In this document: one piece after another, positions 29,123 to 37,870 of the stretch
Layout: each line of letters opens with the position of its first letter
Position numbering within the stretch: the stretch's first letter is position 1
Origin: an uncultured Pseudomonadota bacterium
GTDB taxonomy: Bacteria; Oederibacteriota; Muellerivitia; Muellerivitales; Muellerivitaceae
Reading direction: 5' to 3'
DNA: 64,000 nt
Assembly: GCA_963770835.1 (NCBI GenBank)
Contig: CAVYRH010000004.1
Location: 704,001-768,000 of the forward strand
The notes under the pieces: generated by a model
Told to the model about the DNA's origin: nothing
Database searches by the model: none
What the model saw: only the letters and a program-made list of their open reading frames with translations
Translations under genes and position numbers: made by a program

Positions 29123-29638
29123 TTAAACTCGCTTGCTTTCCCGCATCCATAGGATCTGCCCCGTGTGGTGGCGGCCATGCCAGGCATAGGTGCCTACGGC
29201 GCTTTTCAGGGTGATCACCCGGTTGCGGTCGGGATGGATGAAGGCGCGGTTGAATTGCTCCTCCGTCATGGACCGCAATAACTGCACCCACTGCTTGTGA
29301 ATCCCCTCTATCATGGCCAGGGGGCCGTCAATAGGCCCCGTTTTCGATTCCTCCAAGTCCGACCACTTCCCATCGTCATAAGCCTTGATGACCGGCTGGT
29401 CCTCGGTGAGCGCCCATTTGAACCGGATGTAGCTGTTGGCGTGGCTGTCCGCCAAGTGGTGGACGATCTGGCGGATAGTCCAGTTCTTATACTTCGTGTC
29501 CAATTGGGCGTCCGACAGACCCCCGACGGCCTCCCGAAGGGCATGGGGGGCTTCTTCAATAATGGCGATCAATTCTTTCCGGGGCGGATTTTCTTCCTCT
29601 TTCAGGTTCGGGCCAACGGGGAATTGGGGCGCTTCCAT
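29123..29638 (-). CDS. YfiT/DinB-family metal-dependent thiol transferase, copy 1
   Basis: WTIRQIVHHLADSH, YAWHGRHH. Confidence 0.9.
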   Translation of the reverse strand: MEAPQFPVGPNLKEEENPPRKELIAIIEEAPHALREAVGGLSDAQLDTKYKNWTIRQIVHHLADSHANSYIRFKWALTEDQPVIKAYDDGKWSDLEESKTGPIDGPLAMIEGIHKQWVQLLRSMTEEQFNRAFIHPDRNRVITLKSAVGTYAWHGRHHTGQILWMRESKRV

Positions 29639-29717
29639 GATTTTCTCCTGGGTTCTGGTTTATGATGTGGCAACTTTATACGGCTTTTCAGCAAAAATCA
29701 CCTGTCCGGGGGAAAAA

Positions 29718-30521
29718 GTGGGAGCTCCTTTTTTTCAAGTCGACGCTTTCGTTACCGATAAGCCTTTCTCGGGAAACCCGGCGGGGGTCTGCGTCCTGCC
29801 CGGCCCGGTGGAAGAGGCTTGGATGCAGAGCCTCGCCATGGAAATCAACCAGGCCGAAACGGCGTTCCTTCACCCGGAGGGGAACGGCTACCGGCTGCGC
29901 TGGTTCACGCCCAGGATGGAAATTTCCCTTTGCGGCCACGGAACCTTGGCCAGCGCCCATGTGCTCTGGAGCGAGGGGTTTCTAGGAAAGGGAAGGGAAG
30001 CCCTGTTTCACACGAAAAGCGGGTTGTTGAAGGCCGCCCAAAGGGATGGACGTATCGAAATGGATTTTCCCGCCAGGCCCGTCGAGCCTTGCGTCAAGCC
30101 CCCGGGGTTCGAGGAATCACTCGGTGTTCCCGTCCTGGGTTTAAGCCAAAGTGGAACCGCGTATTTGTCCGAATTGTCCTCCCCCGCCGCTGTCCGCGGG
30201 CTGAAGCCGGATTTCAAAAAAATGGAATCTTACCTCGACGAACAGCTGCACGGTGTCATCGTCACGGCGGCCTCGGACGACCCGGCCTATGATTTTGTTT
30301 CCCGTTTCTTCGCTCCGACGGCGGGAATCCCGGAAGACCATGTCACCGGTTCGGCCCACTGCTGCCTGGGGCCCTTTTGGCAAAAGCGGCTTGGAAAAAA
30401 CAACTTCACGGCTTTTCAAGCCTCGGCCCGGGGCGGTATCCTATCGGTTCGCTGTGAAGGGGATCGCGTTTATTTGGGCGGGAAGGCCGTAACGGTCACC
30501 CGCGGGGAATTACTTTTATAA
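29718..30521 (+). CDS. PhzF-family isomerase
   Basis: QVDAF..GNPAGV, LCGHGTLA, EDHVTGSAH; GTG start inferred. Confidence 0.9.
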   Translation: MGAPFFQVDAFVTDKPFSGNPAGVCVLPGPVEEAWMQSLAMEINQAETAFLHPEGNGYRLRWFTPRMEISLCGHGTLASAHVLWSEGFLGKGREALFHTKSGLLKAAQRDGRIEMDFPARPVEPCVKPPGFEESLGVPVLGLSQSGTAYLSELSSPAAVRGLKPDFKKMESYLDEQLHGVIVTAASDDPAYDFVSRFFAPTAGIPEDHVTGSAHCCLGPFWQKRLGKNNFTAFQASARGGILSVRCEGDRVYLGGKAVTVTRGELLL

Positions 30522-30531
30522 GGAGATTCTT

Positions 30532-31098
30532 ATGTTCAGGAGAATGATCGTTTTGATGCCGGTATTATTTGTGGGGTTCCTCTTTCATTCGGTTTGTGGG
30601 GCCCAGGCGGCCCAACCTACACCCGCTCCGACAACTGAAAAACGCAAACCCATCGTTTGTAAATGGACGACGCTGGAAGGAATGCGTTACTACTATTCTG
30701 GGGTCAAAATCGCCGACGACAAAAGCTTGGGAAACCTCATTTCTCCCCTGAACGACCCCGAAGCCAACCGTCTTATGGACGTCTCCTCCGGTTCCCACAC
30801 TTCCGGGGTTGTCCTCCTTGTGGGAGGGAGCGTTTGTCTAGTTGGGGGATTAGTGGTGGCTGGGAGCAATTACGATAACGGTTCCCAAGCCCTCAATTCG
30901 ACCGGAACATCCGGACTCGTGATCGCATTGGCCGGTTTGGTGGGGGATTACGTTGGATTATTCAAGATCGAGGAATCACGGACCGCCCAATTCGCCGCCG
31001 TTCAGCGTTATAACGCCATCGTTCACGGGGACGATGAAACCACCTGGAACCTACCCAAGCCCGGAATGCAAACACAACTTCTAACACTCAAATTTTAA
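30532..31098 (+). CDS. Exported/membrane hypothetical protein, paralog B
   Basis: Paralog of 28448-29017. Confidence 0.75.
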   Translation: MFRRMIVLMPVLFVGFLFHSVCGAQAAQPTPAPTTEKRKPIVCKWTTLEGMRYYYSGVKIADDKSLGNLISPLNDPEANRLMDVSSGSHTSGVVLLVGGSVCLVGGLVVAGSNYDNGSQALNSTGTSGLVIALAGLVGDYVGLFKIEESRTAQFAAVQRYNAIVHGDDETTWNLPKPGMQTQLLTLKF

Positions 31099-31123
31099 TC
31101 TTCGTTCATAAACCGGAGGGGCC

Positions 31124-31567
31124 ATGCCGGATTTAAAAACTATTGTTGAAGAAAACCAAAACCAGCGGGAACGGCTTGTATCGCTGATGAAGGCCCTGCG
31201 GGAGTCGGATTATTCCCGGGTCTTGCCCAACGGCTGGACGGTGGGGGTTGCACTGGCCCACCTGGCTTTTTGGGACCTAAGCCAGGTCGCCCGATTGAAG
31301 CGCTGGTTGCAAGAAGACCTGAAGCCGTCCTCCCTGGATGCGGAAGCCGTCAACGGTCCGCTGGCGGCCCTTTCCGAAGCCCTCCCGCCCAAGGCCGTCG
31401 TCAAACTGGCGACTGGCGCGGCGGAAGCCATTGACCGGCTGGTGGAGCAATTGACTCCCGAACAGGTTGAAACCTTGCTGGGGATGGGGCTGGAGCGCAA
31501 CCTGCGCCGGTCCATCCACCGGCAGAATCACCTGGACAAAATCGAAGAAGTATTGGGTAAGGGCTAA
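31124..31567 (+). CDS. DinB/MDMPI-like protein
   Basis: GWTVGVALAHLAFWD and HRQNH His pattern. Confidence 0.75.
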   Translation: MPDLKTIVEENQNQRERLVSLMKALRESDYSRVLPNGWTVGVALAHLAFWDLSQVARLKRWLQEDLKPSSLDAEAVNGPLAALSEALPPKAVVKLATGAAEAIDRLVEQLTPEQVETLLGMGLERNLRRSIHRQNHLDKIEEVLGKG

Positions 31568-31694
31568 GAAGAGCTTTTCCCCATTTCGTTCAGTTCTTTG
31601 GAACTTTGATTTTTTTGTTGGGAATTTGACCGGTTTTAGCTTGTCACCTTCCGCTACCCCTGGTTAAGCTTTATGTGTCCGGCCTTTTGAATCT

Positions 31695-32687
31695 ATGCGT
31701 CTTGAGGGGGAATTTATGTGCCCATTCTTGAAACCGGCTTTATTGCTTCTGTTGTTGGGCTTGACCGGACTTTCCGGCAAGGCGGCCGCGGACGAAGGCA
31801 AGCGGTACCAGATCGGGGTCATCCCCAAGGGGGTAACGCATCTTTATTGGAAGACCATCCATGCGGGGGTGGTCAAGGCGGGGAAGGACCTGGGCGTGGA
31901 CGTCCTCTGGGTCGGGTCGAAAACCGAGAATGACCGCAAACAGCAGATCGAGACGATGCAGGATTTCATCAGCCGTAAGGTCGACGCCATCGTACTGGCC
32001 CCCCTGGACGACAAAGCCCTGGTGGAGCCGGTCGAGGAGGCTTCCAAGGCCGGAATCCCGGTGGTCATCATCGACTCGGACCTTCAATCCACCGCCCAGA
32101 TCAGCTTCGTGGCCACGAACAACAAGGAAGGCGGGCGCAAAGGGGCGGACCAACTGGGCCTGGTGATGGGTGGCAAGGGTAAGGCCCTGATGCTGCGTTA
32201 CCTTGAGGGCTCGGCCAGCACCGCCGACCGCGAGGAAGGCTTCCTGGAGGAAATGGCCAAGAAATACCCCGACATCGACATCGTTTCCTCAGGTCAATAC
32301 GCGGGGGCCACCAAGGAATCGGCCCTGCAGGCCGCCCAGGACATTCTCAACAAGTACCCCGACGTGGAAGGCATCTTCTGCCCCAATGAAGTGACGGTCT
32401 TGGCCATGTTGGGGGCCCTCCAGGCCTCCGGCAAGGCGGGCATGATCAAGTTCGTGGGGTTCGACACCGGCAAGGTAATGCTGGAAGGGCTCAAGAGCGG
32501 CGCCATCAGCGCACTGATTTCGCAAGACCCCTTTAACATGGGTTATGAGGGCGTGAAAACCGCCGTGGACTACTTGAAGGGCAAGAAGGTGGAGTCCATC
32601 CTCCCCACCCGGCTTTTGATCGTCACCCGGGAAAACATGAACGAACCCAAGGTGAAGAAGGTCATCTACCCCGACGTGGACAAGTGA
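31695..32687 (+). CDS. Sugar ABC substrate-binding protein (RbsB-like)
   Basis: IPKG..YW, IPVVIIDS, VATNN, VGFD, QDPFNMGY. Confidence 0.9.
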   Translation: MRLEGEFMCPFLKPALLLLLLGLTGLSGKAAADEGKRYQIGVIPKGVTHLYWKTIHAGVVKAGKDLGVDVLWVGSKTENDRKQQIETMQDFISRKVDAIVLAPLDDKALVEPVEEASKAGIPVVIIDSDLQSTAQISFVATNNKEGGRKGADQLGLVMGGKGKALMLRYLEGSASTADREEGFLEEMAKKYPDIDIVSSGQYAGATKESALQAAQDILNKYPDVEGIFCPNEVTVLAMLGALQASGKAGMIKFVGFDTGKVMLEGLKSGAISALISQDPFNMGYEGVKTAVDYLKGKKVESILPTRLLIVTRENMNEPKVKKVIYPDVDK

Positions 32688-32725
32688 CCGGAATGGGCCG
32701 GTGGAAATACCTTCCTTGAAAAACC

Positions 32726-33286
32726 TTAATTGGGGTTGGATTCGGCCGCCAGGGCTTTATAAATTTCCTGGGCGGGCTGAAAGGTCGATTTCAGGATCTC
32801 CAAAATCTTTATGTTGTTCTTCAAAAGGTTGAATTGGGCCGTTCGGGGGTTCAAGGCCGCAGTGGCGGCCGTGGCCTGGGTGGCCTGGATGAGGCTATTG
32901 GCGATCTGCCAACTGGCGTAAACATTAGAGATCTTCTCGTTGACGGCTTCGTTGTCGTCTTTGCCTAGGCGCTCGAGCTTGAAGAAGGTCGGGTTGGAAA
33001 AGTAAACGGAGGTCGACAGGGGAACCTGGAAGGTTTCCTGGAGTTTGGCGTATTTGTCCGCGTTATCCAGCACGTTTTGGATACGGCCTAAGTTGGTTTG
33101 GACCTCGGTTTTCATGGCCAAGATGCGGTAGGAGGCGGCTTTTTCCTGGGAAGTGAAGATAGCCTGGATGATCTGACGGGTGCTGGAAATCTGGAAGACC
33201 GCCACCACTACGCCCACGATGGCGAAAAAATTCGTCATGATTTGGATGCTCAAGGCATGCTTGTGGAAAAATTTAAGGAATTTCAT
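32726..33286 (-). CDS. Membrane-anchored hypothetical protein
   Basis: N-terminal TM helix, 186 aa. Confidence 0.6.
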   Translation of the reverse strand: MKFLKFFHKHALSIQIMTNFFAIVGVVVAVFQISSTRQIIQAIFTSQEKAASYRILAMKTEVQTNLGRIQNVLDNADKYAKLQETFQVPLSTSVYFSNPTFFKLERLGKDDNEAVNEKISNVYASWQIANSLIQATQATAATAALNPRTAQFNLLKNNIKILEILKSTFQPAQEIYKALAAESNPN

Positions 33287-33395
33287 AGTTCCCCTTTCTG
33301 AATGGCCCTCATTCTAAGAGGGGGACTGCCCGGAAACAACGAAGAACGGGAAAAGCACCCAGGGGTTGGCCGGTAATTTGATTTATAATTAACCC

Positions 33396-33989
33396 ATGCC
33401 CGAGCAATCCCCTGATAAAGACGGAAGTGAATTTCCCGGCGCGGCCAAGGCGACCTCCATCAGCCTGGCCCTGGAGGATTACGAGGACATCTTCTCGGAC
33501 TTCGACCCCCGGCCCTATTCGGAGCGCAGCCTCTCGGAGGACTTCCTATACGAACTCCAACGCGCGGCGTTCAACAAGGAGGAAAGCGGCCTGGTGGTGA
33601 CCCTGCTGCTGCCCAAGGAAGAACGTAACGCGGCCCAGGAGAAAGTCATCCTGGAGCGCCTCAAGAGCCATTTCCGCCGCCTCCACCGGAGGCTGGAGGA
33701 CAAACGCAAGGGCGAGGTTAAAACCGGCGCCTGGATGGTGGCCTTGGGAGTGGCTTTCATGTTCCTGGCCACCTACATCCTTTATGAGATCAAGCAGACG
33801 CTTTGGACGGCCTTTATCGTCGTCCTCCTGGAACCGGCGGGATGGTTCATGTTTTGGGAGGGCTCCAGCCTCATCCTTTTTAAGGCGAAAGAAGTGGCTC
33901 CCGAATTGACCTTCTACCGTAAATTATCCGGCGCAAAAATTACTTTTGCCGCCATAGCCCCCACTCCGGCACCGGGAGCGGCCAAATGA
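33396..33989 (+). CDS. Conserved-looking membrane hypothetical protein
   Basis: YEDIFSDFDPRP..LSEDF; two TM helices; GWFMFWEG. Confidence 0.7.
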   Translation: MPEQSPDKDGSEFPGAAKATSISLALEDYEDIFSDFDPRPYSERSLSEDFLYELQRAAFNKEESGLVVTLLLPKEERNAAQEKVILERLKSHFRRLHRRLEDKRKGEVKTGAWMVALGVAFMFLATYILYEIKQTLWTAFIVVLLEPAGWFMFWEGSSLILFKAKEVAPELTFYRKLSGAKITFAAIAPTPAPGAAK

Positions 33990-35887
33990 ACCATTCCCGA
34001 ACTTTCCTTCGCGTGGGGCCGGCTTTGGCCTTTCTCTTGGGACTATCTCTTATGGGATGGGGCCAGCCCGTCTCCACCCCCATCTCCACCCCTTCCATTG
34101 CCCCCACGCCCGGCGAAACCGACTATTCCAAGGTTATCCAAGACCTGGAACAATTCATCCCCGAGGAGATGGGAAATAAACGCGTGAAGGGTCTCAGCAT
34201 CGCCTTGGTGGATGGGGACAGGGTTGTCTGGGTGAAAGGCTTCGGCTACGCCAACAGGGAAAAACAAATCAACGCCGACGGCGACACCCTTTACCACCTG
34301 GGGGCGGTTTCCAAAATCTTCACCGCGGCGGAGGTTTTAGGACTCGTCAAAAAGGGAAGGATCGGCCTGGACTTGCCGGTTCAAAAGTACATCCCCGGCT
34401 TTTCCATCCAAAGCCGCTTCAAGCAAGCCAAGGCCATCACGGTGCGGTCCCTGCTGGCCAACCATTCGGGCCTGCCGGGTTTTTACCTCAAGGGCCTCTG
34501 GGTGGACCACCCGGAGAGTCTGGAGGATTTCGTAGGCGAGCTCAAGAGCGACTACCTGGTGGCCCCGCCTCAAACCCTTTATAAATATTCTTACGTGGAT
34601 TACGACTTGCTTGGGCGGTTGGTCGAGTTGAAGCGAAAACAACCTTTCGCCCAGGCCGTCCAGGAAGACCTTTTCGAACCGCTGGGGATGAATTCCTCCT
34701 CCTTCAACAACGCCTCGGATACCGATCCCCATTTGGCCCAGGGCTACCGCAACGGCGACCCGGTAGCCCTGATGCATATGCGGGATATCCCGGCGGCGGG
34801 CATGGTTTCCTCAGCCCGCGACCTGGCCCGGTTCCTCCAATTCGTCTTGGGCGGGGGCGACCCCGGTGACACCCAGCCCTCGGGACAAAAGACCATGGAA
34901 TCCATGTTCACGCCCGCTTACCCCAACCTTCCACTGGATTTCGGCCATGAAGTGGGGATGGGTTGGCAATTGTCAGGCATCGACCTTCCGGGGGCCCGAG
35001 GCGTGGCCTGGCACGATGGCCAATACCCGCCCTACAACGCCCAGGTGGCCGCCCTTTACCGGCAGGGCCTGGGACTCGTGCTTCTTTCCAACTGCGCGGA
35101 GGGGTACGCCCTTCAGGGCGACGTGACGGATCGGGCCATGAAGCTGATGCTTCAGGCCAAATACGGCATCTCCGAGGACCTGAAAAAGAAGAAAATCGAA
35201 ATGCCGAAGACGGTCGAGGTGCCTCCGGACCAGCTGGACCGGGACACGGGCTACTATTCGGCCCTCGGCCAATTGATGAAGATCACCCGCAAGGACGGCC
35301 ACCTGGGGGCCGAGTGGGACGGCCATGACCTGGACCTGCTTCCCATCGCCCAGGACACCTTTGTGCCCCACATCACTTTCATCATTTTCCCCATCGACCT
35401 GCCCCAGTTCCCCCTCACCTTTTCCCGGGTGGACAACCAGCCCATGGCGGTGCTAGGCGGGCTAACCTTCCCCATACCCTTGGAATCGATCCAGCCGGTG
35501 GAAATCCCCCAGGCCTGGAAAGAGCGGGAGGGGGACTACGAGCTGGAAAACCCGGACGGCGTGTTCACCTTCAGCAAGATTTCAATGGGGGAGAAGGAGG
35601 GCTTCCTGACAGTGGACATCAAGGTTTCCTTCCCGGCCTTCGACCTCAAGGATAGGGAATTCAAGGTGGCCCTTTTGCCCCTTTCCGACGACGAAGCCCT
35701 GGTGCCGGGGCTTTTTTACGGGGACGGGGGAACGCTGCACGTGGAGAATGACGGGGAGGAGGAACGGGTTTTCTATTCGGGATATTGGTACAAGAAAAAG
35801 CCGGGCCCGGGGACGCCGGTGGTTCCCACTCCCAAGCCGGTTCCGGCGGAGCCCACCGCGCAAGGCGAAGGCACCCCGAAGTCCTAG
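33986..35887 (+). CDS. Exported beta-lactamase/serine-hydrolase-fold protein, nucleophile Ser->Ala
   Basis: GLSIALV, GAVSK, HSGLP, YKYSY, PLGM, WHDG. Confidence 0.85.
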   Translation: MNHSRTFLRVGPALAFLLGLSLMGWGQPVSTPISTPSIAPTPGETDYSKVIQDLEQFIPEEMGNKRVKGLSIALVDGDRVVWVKGFGYANREKQINADGDTLYHLGAVSKIFTAAEVLGLVKKGRIGLDLPVQKYIPGFSIQSRFKQAKAITVRSLLANHSGLPGFYLKGLWVDHPESLEDFVGELKSDYLVAPPQTLYKYSYVDYDLLGRLVELKRKQPFAQAVQEDLFEPLGMNSSSFNNASDTDPHLAQGYRNGDPVALMHMRDIPAAGMVSSARDLARFLQFVLGGGDPGDTQPSGQKTMESMFTPAYPNLPLDFGHEVGMGWQLSGIDLPGARGVAWHDGQYPPYNAQVAALYRQGLGLVLLSNCAEGYALQGDVTDRAMKLMLQAKYGISEDLKKKKIEMPKTVEVPPDQLDRDTGYYSALGQLMKITRKDGHLGAEWDGHDLDLLPIAQDTFVPHITFIIFPIDLPQFPLTFSRVDNQPMAVLGGLTFPIPLESIQPVEIPQAWKEREGDYELENPDGVFTFSKISMGEKEGFLTVDIKVSFPAFDLKDREFKVALLPLSDDEALVPGLFYGDGGTLHVENDGEEERVFYSGYWYKKKPGPGTPVVPTPKPVPAEPTAQGEGTPKS

Positions 35888-35915
35888 CTTTGCCTAATCC
35901 GCCTCCAACAACCCA

Positions 35916-36596
35916 TTAAAACCTTCGGGCGGCTTCCTCGAGAATGGCGACCGTAGCAGTGGCCCCCACGCGGGTAACGCCCAGGTCCAGCACTTCCAAA
36001 AGGCGGTCGAGGGTCCGGATTCCCCCGGCGGCCTTGACCTGCACCGAAGGGGAAACATTGGCGCGCATCAGTTTTATATCCTCGTTCGTGGCGCCGCCGG
36101 GGCCGTAGCCGGTGGAAGTTTTCACGAAGTCCGCCCCGAGGCTTTCACAGAGCTGGCATAACTTGATCTTGTGCCTGTCCGTCAGGTAGCAGTTCTCGAA
36201 AATGACCTTGCAAACGGCCTGGTTGGCCTTGCACACGTTGATCACGGCCCGGATATCCGATTCCACGTAAAGCCAGTCATCGCTCAAGACCTTTCCGATA
36301 TTCACCACCATATCCAGCTCGGTGGCCCCATTTTGGAGGGCTTGGTGCGCTTCCATGATTTTCACAGCGCTCCGATGGCCGCCGTGGGGAAAACCCACGA
36401 CCGTGCCGACCGCCACGCCGGAAAATTCCAGCAATTCCACGGCCTTGGAAACGAAATAGGGTTTGATGCAGACCGAAGCGACCTTGTATTTTTTGGCGGT
36501 TTCGATCCCTTCCAACAGGTCCTTGTCCGTCATGACGGGATTCAAGAGGGAATGATCGATCATCTTAGCCAGGGAAGCGGCCGTGTGGTTTTTCAT
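35916..36596 (-). CDS. deoC: Deoxyribose-phosphate aldolase
   Basis: IDHSLL, VGFPHG, DFVKTSTG, VKAAGGIR. Confidence 0.95.
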   Translation of the reverse strand: MKNHTAASLAKMIDHSLLNPVMTDKDLLEGIETAKKYKVASVCIKPYFVSKAVELLEFSGVAVGTVVGFPHGGHRSAVKIMEAHQALQNGATELDMVVNIGKVLSDDWLYVESDIRAVINVCKANQAVCKVIFENCYLTDRHKIKLCQLCESLGADFVKTSTGYGPGGATNEDIKLMRANVSPSVQVKAAGGIRTLDRLLEVLDLGVTRVGATATVAILEEAARRF

Positions 36597-36605
36597 GGGG
36601 TTATT

Positions 36606-37712
36606 TTACAACCGGCTGATGGCCAAGTCACCTATGCGGTTCCGGCCGGCCGATTTGGCCTGGTACAGGCTTTCGTCCGCCAGCTTGATGAGTTCCTTGT
36701 AATCGGACATCGAATCGGAAAAACAGCCGATTCCCAAACTGGCGCCGATTTTTTGGCCAGGAATTCCCAGGGGTTCCAGGGGAACGGGGTGTTCGGTGAT
36801 GGACCTGAACAGCCTTTCCGCGACGTTCTTTGCGCCGTCCGGGCCCACTTCGGGCAGGATGACCGCGAACTCGTCCCCGCCCAACCTCGCTACGATATCC
36901 ACGTTCCTCAAGCCCTGGACCAGGCGGCCGGCCACATGCTTTAAAACCAGGTCCCCGGCGGGATGGCCGTGAAGGTCGTTGATACCCTTAAAGTTGTCCA
37001 AGTCGATGTAAAGAAGGCTGAGGAACCGCTTGTACCGGCGGCAGCGAAGGACTTCCCGGGGGAGGTAGTTGTCGAAGTAACGGCGGTTGTAAATGCCGGT
37101 CAATCCGTCCTTGATGGTCATGTCCTTGATTTTTTCGTGGAGATGGAAGGACTCGACAGCTAGGCCGGCCTGGGTAGCGAAACTGACCAGGGAATCCAGG
37201 TCGGATTTCTTCAGGCGGCGCCGGGTGAAGAGGTTGTCCACCGCGAGGACACCGATGATCTGGTTACTTCCCACGGTGATAGGAACCACCGCGTTACAAA
37301 TAACTCCCGGATCGATGTTTCTTTCCCAGTCTTTTTTCCGGACCCTTCTGCGAAGATTATTCGTAAAGAAAGGCTTCGTATAACCGTGGACCATGTCCGA
37401 TAGCCAGTGGGTTCCCTTGACGGCGGAAACAGGAAGATCCTCGCAATTTCCCTCGAACTTGCCGTAACGGTCGATGCCGATCATTCTTTGGCCGATACGG
37501 CGGTCCCAGTCCACCATGAAAATACCGGCGCGGTCATAGCCCAAGCCCTTGGTGACGGAGAGGATAAGAAGCTTGAGGATGTCCTCGAAACTGTGCCCCT
37601 CACGCATGACTTCCATCAGGCGCTGGTACATGAGGACTTCTTGGGTGAGAACTTTCTTTTCGAGAAGGGCCTTTTGCAGAAGGCTCTGCTTTTGGGGGGG
37701 CCTGTGGGCCAT
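36606..37712 (-). CDS. GAF-GGDEF diguanylate cyclase
   Basis: DGLTGIYNRR, RNVD I-site, RLGGDEF. Confidence 0.93.
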   Translation of the reverse strand: MAHRPPQKQSLLQKALLEKKVLTQEVLMYQRLMEVMREGHSFEDILKLLILSVTKGLGYDRAGIFMVDWDRRIGQRMIGIDRYGKFEGNCEDLPVSAVKGTHWLSDMVHGYTKPFFTNNLRRRVRKKDWERNIDPGVICNAVVPITVGSNQIIGVLAVDNLFTRRRLKKSDLDSLVSFATQAGLAVESFHLHEKIKDMTIKDGLTGIYNRRYFDNYLPREVLRCRRYKRFLSLLYIDLDNFKGINDLHGHPAGDLVLKHVAGRLVQGLRNVDIVARLGGDEFAVILPEVGPDGAKNVAERLFRSITEHPVPLEPLGIPGQKIGASLGIGCFSDSMSDYKELIKLADESLYQAKSAGRNRIGDLAISRL

Positions 37713-37870
37713 ATAACCTCCAGCAGAGGGAAATCCGTTTAACCTTAATGGTTTAACGTATAAATTATTACTCTTTTTTGTCTTTTTGTCAAATGAAAAT
37801 ATTGCACAAGGTTTTTTTCAAAAAACCCCTAAAAAAACAATCTTAGATGAAAGGTGAAGATCGAGCTGGT

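Noticed and set aside
29436..29717. N-terminal extension of the PhzF-family ORF
   Set aside because: Overlaps yfiT antisense; family similarity begins near the GTG at 29718.
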